Below are positions 56,028-64,000 of a stretch of DNA of 64,000 bases, piece by piece. The translations under genes and the position numbers were made by a program. The notes under the pieces are model-generated. The model was given only the letters and a program-made list of their open reading frames with translations, searched no databases and had not been told where the DNA came from. The stretch is from positions 1 through 64,000 of the IMG/VR virus record IMGVR_UViG_3300028888_000107; one strand, given 5' to 3'. The stretch's first letter is position 1, and every line of letters begins with the position of its first letter. The DNA comes from a virus (Duplodnaviria > Caudoviricetes).

Positions 56028-57725
56028 TTAAAAATCGATTCTATATTTAATTTTACCGGCATCCCAACATTTGACATAACCACGGTTTCTCATAACTTCA
56101 TCTTCTGTTAATTCAGGATGTTCAACACATTCAACCAAATTTGATTTTTGAAAACGGTATCTTGGCAAACGAATATCCATTGTTGTCCAATAGTAAGTTG
56201 GTGGAACAATGTGTTCCTTTTCAAACCCCATCTTTTCATAAACATCACCGTTTGAAACAGATAAATCTGCAAATGTTATAATTGTTTTTGGATTATATAA
56301 CTTTACAAAGTGTTTTAGCAACTTGCTTGCACCGCCCCTTACGTGGGTATCAAAAGGTGAACACATACGACTTAACTCCCATTCGCCCTCCTTTGGTTTT
56401 CCACCGATTAAACGCCTTTTCTTTGCAAACAAGCAAACCATTACAAGTTGGTTATCTTTGTAAAGACCAAGTTTAACTTGCGAAGGTGTGTAGCCTTGGA
56501 TGTGGTATGTTTCACAAAACGCTTTGGCTGTTTTTGTATCAATTTCTCTAACAACACAATCTCTTGCGTTTATTTTGTTGGTATGCAATCCAAATTTACC
56601 ACGAATTATATTTTTAACAATATCTTTTTTGTATTTCCAATCATCTTCCCATATATGCAACAATTGTGTGCTTTTGTACGTGCATAATAATGTTTTATCG
56701 TAATGGTAATTTTTATCTTTGTATATGTCGCTATGCCAATACACACCGTTAAACTCAAATGCAAGATTTTTTTCCGGTAAGTATATGTCAAGTTCCTTAC
56801 CGTTTAAAAGTTTTCTATCGTTTTCTATTATTTTGCCATTGTATATATCTTGGATATATAGTAATAATTCTTGTTCACACCCACTGCTTAAAGCACCAAT
56901 AGGGTTTAATTTTGTGCAAGTTTCATAACCGTATCTTTTTCTATCGTTGTATAGTTGTTGTTTTGTTATGTAAGTTTTTTCTATACATTTGTCGCAATTT
57001 GGATTTGTGCATTTGCAAATCCAATCACCCGTTTCAGTAAAGCCAACAACAAAATCTTTATTGCCAAGTAATCGGGTTCTTCTGTTTTTCCTTGTTTTTT
57101 CTTTAACTTCCTTTATTGAATACGGGTTGTCCACACCATACTTTGTTAAAAAGGTGTTTTTTCTTTTTTCTTTAATTTCATTGCTTGAACTTGGGTTTTC
57201 TGTACCGTACTTTTTTAAACAGGTTTCTTTTGACAAATTTCTTACTGATTGAAGGCATAACGTGCATTTGACACCGTACTTTTTTAAGTTGATAACATCT
57301 CTTGATTTGTTTGCCCTTTCTACAACTTGTTTGTTTTGCGATGGGTTTTTAACACCATAATGTTTTATGTATGCTTCTTCCCTCTTTCTTTGCATTTCAT
57401 TGGCTTTTTCTTCACCGTATTTTTCCTTGTTTGATTTTCTTTTCTCATTTAAAATGTTTTCATCTTTTTGGCAACAAGAATATGAACAATGTTTTCTGTA
57501 TCCTGTGTTATAACCCGTGAATTTTGTTCTTTTTCCGCATATAACACATTTTCCAAGAAAAAAGTTTTTATCGTTATGAATGTAATGATACAACATTTGC
57601 ATAAATGAAAATTCTTCAGGAAAATTCCACAATTGCAAATCTTTGTAAATTTCAGGGTATTTTTTGGAAAATGACTTCTTGTTTAACCCTTGTATGTTTT
57701 CGTATGTTAATTCATCTTTTGTCAT
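56028..57725 (-). mobile_element. Homing-endonuclease-like gene 3
   Basis: CVICGK..CSYSC; 5 KYG repeats; KELDIYLPE..FEFNGVYWH..HIWEDDW; WELSRMC..GGASKLL..TFADL..YEKMGF. Confidence 0.7.
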
Positions 57726-57727
57726 AT

Positions 57728-59962
57728 TTAAAAATCGATTCTGTATTTAATTTTACCGGCATCCCAACATTTGACATATCCACGGTTTCGCATAACTTCA
57801 TCTTCTGTTAGTTCGGGATGTTCAACACATTCAACCAAATTTGATTTTTGAAAACGGTATCTTGGATATCTAACACCGTTAATTGCCCAATAGTATGTTG
57901 GCGGTACAACATATTCCTTTTTAAATCCCATCTTTTCGTAAACACCACCGTTTGAAACAGAAAGGTCTGCAAAAGTAACAATTGTTTTTGGATTGTATAG
58001 CCTTGCAAAGTGTTTCAACAACTTGCTTGCGCCTCCCCTTACATGGGTGTCAAAGGGTGAACACATTCTATAAAGTTCCCACTCCCCATCCTTTTTACCG
58101 GCACCGCTAATTCTTCTAACCGGACCAAACAAGCAAACCATTACAAGTTGGTTGTCTTTGTAAAGCCCAAGTTTAACTTGTGAAGATGTGTAGCCTTGGA
58201 TATGGTAGGTATCACAAAACTTTTTTGCCGTTTTTGAATCTATTTCTTTAACAACACAATTTCTTGCGTTTAATTTGTTGGTATGCAAACCAAGTTTTCC
58301 TCGTATCAGGTTTTTAAGTATGTCTTTCTTGTTTAGCCAATCATCTTCCCAAATGTGAATTAGTTGTACGCCCTTGTTTAAACAAGATATTGATTTGTTG
58401 TAATGGTAATCTTTTTCTTTATATATGTCGCTGTGCCAATACACACCGTTAAATTCAAAGGCAAGTTTTTTTTCCGGTAGATAAATATCAAGTTCCTTGC
58501 CGTTCAAAAGTTTTCTATCGTTTTCAATTATTTTACCGTTGTATATATCTTGAATATATAGCAACAATTCTTGTTCCCTTCCACTGTTTAAAACACCTAT
58601 CGGGTTTAACTTGGTGCAAGTTTCATAACCACCAATTATTCTATCCTTGTTTATGTTTGCATTTGTTATATATGTTTTTTCTATACATTTGTCGCAATTT
58701 GGATTTGTGCATTTGCAAATCCATTGTCCGTTTTCTGTGTATCCCAACAAAAAATTATGTTTTTCTACTGTGTTTTTTCTAACTTTTTTTAAATTGGCTT
58801 CTTTTGCCGTATTTGTTTCCAAAAAACTGTTTACACCATATTTTTCTTGGTTTGTTTTTATTACCCTTTTCTTTACTTCATCATTTTGGGATGGATGTTC
58901 AACACCATACTTTTTTATAGAAGTTTTCTTTGTTTTGCTTTTAAAATCTTCTGTTTGTGTATAGTATTCTTTTCCATATTTGGTTAAGTTGGTTTGTTTT
59001 GTTTTTTCTTTTATTTCATGTGAACACACAGGCGAATTTCCGCCATACCTTTCTTGGTTAGTTTCTTTTATTTTATCCCTTACTTCTTTTGCCCTTAATG
59101 AATTTGAAACACCGTAGTTTTTTAAAAAAGTTTCTTCCCTTTTTTGCTTTACTTCTTCTGCTTGTGAAACATTATCAACACCATACCTTTCTTGATTTGT
59201 TTTTCTTATTTTTTCTTTTATTTCTTCATTTTTTAAAGGAGATGTTTCACCATATTTTAACATACAAGTTCTTTTTATTTTTTCTTGAACTTTTTTTGAT
59301 TGTGCAGGATTGTTAACACCGTAGTTTTTTAAAAAGGTTTCTTCCCTTTTTTGCTTTATTTTTTCTGCCTGTGAAACATTAACCACACCATACCTTTCTT
59401 GGTTGGTTTTTCTTATTTTTTCTTTTATCTCCGTGTTTTTAAGTGGTGTCGTCTCACCGTATCTTTCCAAACAAGTTTCTGTTCGTTTTTTCAAAACACT
59501 TTTGTTTTGTATTGCGTGTTTTACACCGTATTTTTTAAGGGTGGTTTGCTCTTGCTTTCTTTTTATTTCTTCCTTTTCTTTTTCTGTTTTGTTTTTATAA
59601 TTCTCTTGTTTTTTTATTTTTATTGCTTCTTTTTCTTCGTTTGTTCTTTTGTTTATGGTATCTTTCATTCTTTTTGAAACAACACCGCTTTTGTTTATGC
59701 AATCCCTTGAACAATATTCATGATAGCCTTCATATATGTTAACAAAATTGCAACGCTTTCCACAAAATGGACAAACACCAAGTAAAAGGTCGACATCTTC
59801 ATTTATATAGTGATACAGTTTTTGCTTAAATGAAAAACCCTCTGGATAGTTGGTAGAAGATATTTCACCATATTCTTGAGGAAATGTTTTTGCAAACCCC
59901 TTTTCGGTTGTAAAATATCCGCTTTTAGATTCTTTGCATTTTGCTATTATGTAATCTTTCAT
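57728..59962 (-). mobile_element. Homing-endonuclease-like gene 4 (tandem paralogue of gene 3)
   Basis: Start reassigned to MKDYIIAK; 11 KYG repeats; C-terminal region nearly identical to gene 3, both ending CWDAGKIKYRIDF. Confidence 0.7.
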
Positions 59963-59976
59963 ACTGTATATATAAT

Positions 59977-60007
59977 AAAAAACGGGCAAAATATTTTTGC
60001 CCGTTTT
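59977..60007 (-). terminator. Rho-independent terminator of the tail tube gene
   Basis: aaaacgggcaaaa-tat-ttttgcccgtttt; T-tract on the minus strand. Confidence 0.85.
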
Positions 60008-60035
60008 ATTTTTTAAATTATTGATATTAAATATA

Positions 60036-60590
60036 TTAAATACCAATCAACTGCTCGTCCCAATAATCGCATCTCAAATTCAAGGTAAGTTCAGCGGCTT
60101 CGGAGTTATCGTATGCCAAATCACCCATACCCGTTAAGTTGCCGGTTGGAAACACATCCTTAAGGATAATCTTTCTGTACACACTGCCATCACGGTTAAA
60201 TTGAACAATTACACCGGAACCACAGTAATCTTTTTTCATACCACTTGCACCAGTAAGCGGATCCCAAATCATGTTTCTCCACCTTCTTAAAGATGTGTAA
60301 ACATAGTTTTCGTTTGAGTCATCCAAGTTCATTGTAAACACAACTGTTAGGTCAAGAGTGGTTTTTTCAGGAAATCCCGCATAACTTCTTGTAGCCTGCT
60401 TGTATTTTTGTTCCGTTGTTGTCACACTTGGGTTAAGGTCATCCAAACCGCCTATTGATTTGACGTGTTCAATAAGAATTGGGGATAGGGATGTTGGGCT
60501 GAACAAAGTAAGTTCAAACATTGCGTTATAAACCGGTTCCCAATGGTTTATAGCGGCTTGCGAGTTTCTATAATGAGGTAAACCTGCCAT
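60036..60590 (-). CDS. gp19: T4 gp19-like tail tube protein
   Basis: WEPVY..MFEL, W...IWDPLTG..G.KKDY, Q..RDG, VFPT and LRCDYW. Confidence 0.85.
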   Translation of the reverse strand: MAGLPHYRNSQAAINHWEPVYNAMFELTLFSPTSLSPILIEHVKSIGGLDDLNPSVTTTEQKYKQATRSYAGFPEKTTLDLTVVFTMNLDDSNENYVYTSLRRWRNMIWDPLTGASGMKKDYCGSGVIVQFNRDGSVYRKIILKDVFPTGNLTGMGDLAYDNSEAAELTLNLRCDYWDEQLIGI

Positions 60591-60613
60591 AATTCTTATA
60601 TGTATATTCTTTT

Positions 60614-60638
60614 CAACACCACACCTTTGGCGGTGTTG
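60614..60638 (-). promoter_or_regulatory. 5' leader hairpin of the tail tube mRNA
   Basis: caacacc-gcc-aaa-ggt-gt-ggtgttg immediately after the late promoter. Confidence 0.5.
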
Positions 60639-60644
60639 TTATTA

Positions 60645-60652
60645 TATTTATA
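60645..60652 (-). promoter_or_regulatory. Late promoter TATAAATA
   Basis: Upstream of the tail tube gene. Confidence 0.75.
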
Positions 60653-60685
60653 AAAATGAATTTTGGCGGTTGTTTTGCAAAAGCG

Positions 60686-60790
60686 AATTTACCCATAAAA
60701 TGTGTTTATAGGTAAATTTGCCTATAAACTGTTTATAAGCGATAAAACTTATAAATTGTGATTATAAGTGAATACGCTTATAGTTTTATC
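60686..60790. repeat. Cluster of overlapping AT-rich inverted repeats
   Basis: Hairpins at 60686-60718, 60723-60737 and 60748-60768, plus a near-perfect pairing of 60741-60754 with 60778-60790. Confidence 0.7.
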
Positions 60791-61596
60791 ATATCCCCAA
60801 ACATTTTATCCACGTTTGGGTCAGACCATTTTATAAACCCTGTGCCGGGTGTAAAGGTAAGTTCTCCCAAATATACGTTATCATTTACTTCATAAAAGTC
60901 AACCCTTACAAACCTAAAATCGTTTGATAGTTTTTTTGCGTAGTCAACCATTGTTTCAAATTTGTTTGGCTTTATGTCTATTTTGTTTGGGTTGTTTTTT
61001 ATGTCGCATCTTGATATGTCAACAAAGTTAAAGTCCATATCATAGTAGTTAAGGTGAAAATCTTGGGTATGCCTGCCGTTAATTACTTGGCAATATGTTG
61101 GGTTGCCGTTAAAACACAAAAACTTGTAATCGGTTAGTTCCTTTTGGTTGTGGGCTTTAAGGTAGGTTTCTGCATAGCATTTTCTTTTAATTTTAAGGTA
61201 GTGGGGTTCCAACGAATTGTAGCCAAATGGTGTGTTTATCCATTGTTGCATTTTGGTTTGGCAATCGGTTTCGCTTAAACAGGATTTGCTCCTGCATATA
61301 ATGTTGTAGCCGTAGCCGTGGTTGCATTTTAACACAAATTGGTTTGGCAATTCGGCAAACCTTATATCTTGCGGTTTTGTGTAGGTTTTTATAACAGGAA
61401 CACAAATATCCATTCCTATCTTTTCCTTTGCGTATTCGTGCAAAAGAAGTTTGTCTGAGCATTTTGAACGAAGGCTAATGTCATCGTAAAGTTGCAACCA
61501 TTGTGATTTTTCACACCAAGTTTCGGGATTGTCTATGTTAAAATTGTTATACCCAAAACACTTTGCCTTTTTTATGATAAGTTCTTTTAAAGACAT
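60778..61596 (-). CDS. TupA-like ATP-grasp protein
   Basis: WCEKSQWL, DKLLLHEY, LPNQFVLKCNHG, DYKFLCFNG and VRVDFY...GELTFTPG. Confidence 0.9.
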   Translation of the reverse strand: MSLKELIIKKAKCFGYNNFNIDNPETWCEKSQWLQLYDDISLRSKCSDKLLLHEYAKEKIGMDICVPVIKTYTKPQDIRFAELPNQFVLKCNHGYGYNIICRSKSCLSETDCQTKMQQWINTPFGYNSLEPHYLKIKRKCYAETYLKAHNQKELTDYKFLCFNGNPTYCQVINGRHTQDFHLNYYDMDFNFVDISRCDIKNNPNKIDIKPNKFETMVDYAKKLSNDFRFVRVDFYEVNDNVYLGELTFTPGTGFIKWSDPNVDKMFGDMIKL

Positions 61597-61625
61597 ATTT
61601 GTTGCTTTTGGTTACTAAATATAGT

Positions 61626-62894
61626 TTACAATCTAATTATATTGTCGCTTTTTGGTAAAACCGATTTTACATCGTACACAAAACCGTTTTCGCTTAAATA
61701 ATCGTTGTAGTTTATGTCAAGATAGTTTTCGTGCGGCACCGCCAAAACAACCACATCGTATTTTTTGTTTGGTATCTTTTCCACAACATCAACGCCAAGT
61801 TCATCTTTTGCAAATTGTTTGTTGCAATAGCCATCCACAACCGTTATGTTGTTGGTGTACTCGGATAGTTTGTTGTATATTTTAACAACTTTTGTGTTTC
61901 TTATATCAGGGCAGTTTTCCTTAAAAGTAACACCCATTACAAGTATGTTGGAACCTTTTACAAGAATGCCACGTTTGTTCATGTGGTGAATTATTTTGTT
62001 GGCTATGTAATCTGACATATCTTCGTTTACTTGCCTGCCGCTTTTTATAAGCACGGGATTTACCTTGTAATCCTCAGCCTTTTGTATTAAGTAGTAGGGG
62101 TCAACACCTATGCAATGCCCTCCAACCAACCCGGGTTGCAAGCGTATAAAGTTCCATTTTGTGGAAGCGGCATCAACAACCTCCTTTGTGTCAATCCCCA
62201 TTGCGTTAAAAATCTTCGCAAGTTCGTTAAAAAAGGCAATATTGATATCCCTTTGGGTGTTTTCAATAATCTTGGATGCTTCGGCAACCTTAATTGAACT
62301 TGCCCTAAATGTACCGTTAAGCAAAACCGAGTTGTAAAGTTCATCAACAATTAGGGATGTATTTTCGTTGGAACCGCTTGTTACCTTTTTTATTTTTTCA
62401 ACCGTGTGTTCCTTGTCACCGGGGTTTATTCTTTCGGGGGAGTAACCAACAAAAAAGTCCTTGTTGTACTTTAACCCGCTTGCCTTTTCTATTTCAGGTA
62501 CACAAACCTCTTCTGTGCAGCAAGGAAACGTGGTGCTTTCATATATGACAATATCGTTCTTTTTAACAACACTTCCCACAAGTTCGCTTGACTTAATTAG
62601 TGGTGTTAAGTCGGGTTTGTACTTGTCATCAACGGGCGTTGGAACCGCCACAACATAAATGTTGCAATCCCTTATGTCTTCCTTGTTGGTTGTGCATACA
62701 AGCATCTTTGTGTTTATGGCTATTTCAAGAAGTTTGTTGTCAACTTCAAGTGTGGAATCAATTCCTTTGTTTAATTCTTCCACACGCTTTTCATTTATGT
62801 CATACCCTATGACGTTGTACTTGGTTGAAAACAACCTTGCAAGTGGCAAGCCAACATAACCCAATCCTATTACTGCTATCTTGTGTTCTTTCAT
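61626..62894 (-). CDS. tviB: UDP-N-acetylhexosamine 6-dehydrogenase (TviB/WbpO family)
   Basis: VIGLGYVGLPLA, AVPTP, YESTT.P, GYSPERINPGD, KIIENTQRDINIA, GGHCIGVDPYYL, GVTFKENCPDIRN; start MKEHK. Confidence 0.9.
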   Translation of the reverse strand: MKEHKIAVIGLGYVGLPLARLFSTKYNVIGYDINEKRVEELNKGIDSTLEVDNKLLEIAINTKMLVCTTNKEDIRDCNIYVVAVPTPVDDKYKPDLTPLIKSSELVGSVVKKNDIVIYESTTFPCCTEEVCVPEIEKASGLKYNKDFFVGYSPERINPGDKEHTVEKIKKVTSGSNENTSLIVDELYNSVLLNGTFRASSIKVAEASKIIENTQRDINIAFFNELAKIFNAMGIDTKEVVDAASTKWNFIRLQPGLVGGHCIGVDPYYLIQKAEDYKVNPVLIKSGRQVNEDMSDYIANKIIHHMNKRGILVKGSNILVMGVTFKENCPDIRNTKVVKIYNKLSEYTNNITVVDGYCNKQFAKDELGVDVVEKIPNKKYDVVVLAVPHENYLDINYNDYLSENGFVYDVKSVLPKSDNIIRL

Positions 62895-62914
62895 CTGTTT
62901 TTGTGTTGTGTATT

Positions 62915-63631
62915 TTAATATAAGTTCCAATATTCGTACCAATTTAAATCCCTGCAATAAAGTTGCATTATAACATCCGTAAATGTTATGTCCTTGTATG
63001 TTTCGGAAAATGAAACAAATTTATCTTCGTGAAATTCAAATTCATTGGTTTTCTTGTTTTTTATATAACCAGTTCTATTATCAAAATACCACACCTCTTT
63101 AAAGTAATATGTTAGGGGTGCTATGGATGGTATCATTTGCGAATCACCGCTAACCATTAGTTTTCTTTCGCTTTTGGTTGTGTGGTTAACAATTCTTGAA
63201 CATTTGTGGTTGTACCTGTTAAGCAATCTGTACGATGGTGTTTCCATAAAGTTTTCATTAAACAACTTCATATATCCACCGCTTATGGTTTCGTTATCGT
63301 TAAAACAAGTTATGGTGTATTCAGGTTCCTTGTTTGGAAAAAGATATGATAAATCTCCTGTTTCCAAAATTAAAGGAACCAAATGAAAATCGTTTTGGCT
63401 AAAGCCAAACCTTATAAGTTCATCCACAAGCGGCAACACATATTTATAGGTGTATTCGGTTGTGTAATGGTGTTCGTTACCGGGCATGTTTGAATACAGC
63501 ACATCTTTATCCTTAAAAATGGGAAGTTTGTGAATATCTCTCCCAGAATTATCATACTTGACGCCATACACTTTGTTACGATATGGAAAACAAATGTATT
63601 TTGCCATTTTTAATATGTTTTCCCTTTCCAT
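62915..63631 (-). CDS. Possible DHHW/AlgX-like SGNH polysaccharide-modifying protein
   Basis: NEHHYT and LMVSGDSQ...PL..YFKEV..FDNR resemble DHHW/ALGX motifs; start chosen at the TAATG overlap with the upstream gene. Confidence 0.4.
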   Translation of the reverse strand: MERENILKMAKYICFPYRNKVYGVKYDNSGRDIHKLPIFKDKDVLYSNMPGNEHHYTTEYTYKYVLPLVDELIRFGFSQNDFHLVPLILETGDLSYLFPNKEPEYTITCFNDNETISGGYMKLFNENFMETPSYRLLNRYNHKCSRIVNHTTKSERKLMVSGDSQMIPSIAPLTYYFKEVWYFDNRTGYIKNKKTNEFEFHEDKFVSFSETYKDITFTDVIMQLYCRDLNWYEYWNLY

Positions 63632-64000
63632 TAGAAACTTGTTATATTTATCATATCGCCCCAATACAAACTTGTTTCATAATCCCTGCATCCAAAAATT
63701 CCACCGTTTGGGGTAAATGTTAGTTCACCAAGATACAATTTATCATTAACTATATAAAAGTCAACCCTTACAAAATCAAAATCTTTTGATAACTTTCTTG
63801 AATAGTCAAGCATTTCATCAAGATTCACTGGCTTTTTATCCAAGTTGTTAAAGTCTTGCCTTGCACAACTCCAACCTATATCAAAGGTGTTCCAATCGGT
63901 ATCGTATATGTTTTCGTGCAAATTGTTTGAATACCTATCCGATATTACCATTATCATTTTTGGTTCGCCATTGCAGCACCAAACCTTGTAATCCACAAGC
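63631..64000 (-). CDS. Second TupA-like ATP-grasp protein (5' end outside window)
   Basis: Open to the window edge: LVDYKVWCCNGEP, KPVNLDEMLDYSRKLS and FVRVDFY..LYLGELTFTP.GG. Confidence 0.9.
   Translation of the reverse strand, partial: LVDYKVWCCNGEPKMIMVISDRYSNNLHENIYDTDWNTFDIGWSCARQDFNNLDKKPVNLDEMLDYSRKLSKDFDFVRVDFYIVNDKLYLGELTFTPNGGIFGCRDYETSLYWGDMINITSF

Noticed and set aside
3900-59500. CRISPR array
   Set aside because: All repeats seen are coding tandem repeats or dispersed promoters; there is no constant-repeat, unique-spacer pattern.
1-64000. Stop-codon reassignment (TAG to Gln) as in Lak megaphages
   Set aside because: Long genes are intact in the standard code, and TAG cleanly ends genes at 6803, 18512, 19538, 35981 and 54903 just before the next gene or an intergenic element.
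1-64000. tRNA, rRNA or integrase genes
   Set aside because: No cloverleaf or T-loop signature was seen in the intergenic gaps and no recombinase motifs in the ORFs; a tRNAscan/Infernal run would be needed to exclude them formally.

Overview
64 kb segment of a large, AT-rich, T4-like (myovirus) jumbo phage, most likely infecting a Bacteroidota host, read in the standard genetic code. Recognisable core genes: gp23-like major capsid, gp13-like neck, gp19-like tail tube, gp55-like late sigma factor, gp46-like SbcC/Rad50 ATPase, PhoH and collagen-like fibre proteins. Accessory genes: GMP reductase, guanylate kinase, IF-1, YqeY, PTH2-like protein, TelA, two SPPY-type DNA methyltransferases, a PLP-dependent enzyme, several nucleases, four large repeat-rich Vsr-like endonucleases with a Mom-like GNAT tail, and a uronic-acid/TupA ATP-grasp glycan cluster at the right edge. 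The regulatory layout is readable: eight copies of an approximately 60-80 bp Bacteroidota sigma70-type (TAnnTTTG) promoter cassette with upstream TTATTAACA boxes, T4-type TATAAATA late promoters, and a possible third motif, TTTTATTATAT. Most notable observations: (1) about ten late genes share a T4 capsid-targeting-like N-terminal tag and carry enzyme cargoes (Cys-His-Asp papain-like, HAD, zincin, GNAT), suggesting an injected effector set; (2) a ColE2-type plasmid replicase/primase beside gp46; (3) a replicative-helicase fragment swapped in frame into the middle of a multicopy small-gene family; (4) the nuclease-GNAT fusions; (5) the glycan-amidation cluster. No tRNA, rRNA or CRISPR array was seen. 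All product calls come from motif recognition by eye; no database search was run.
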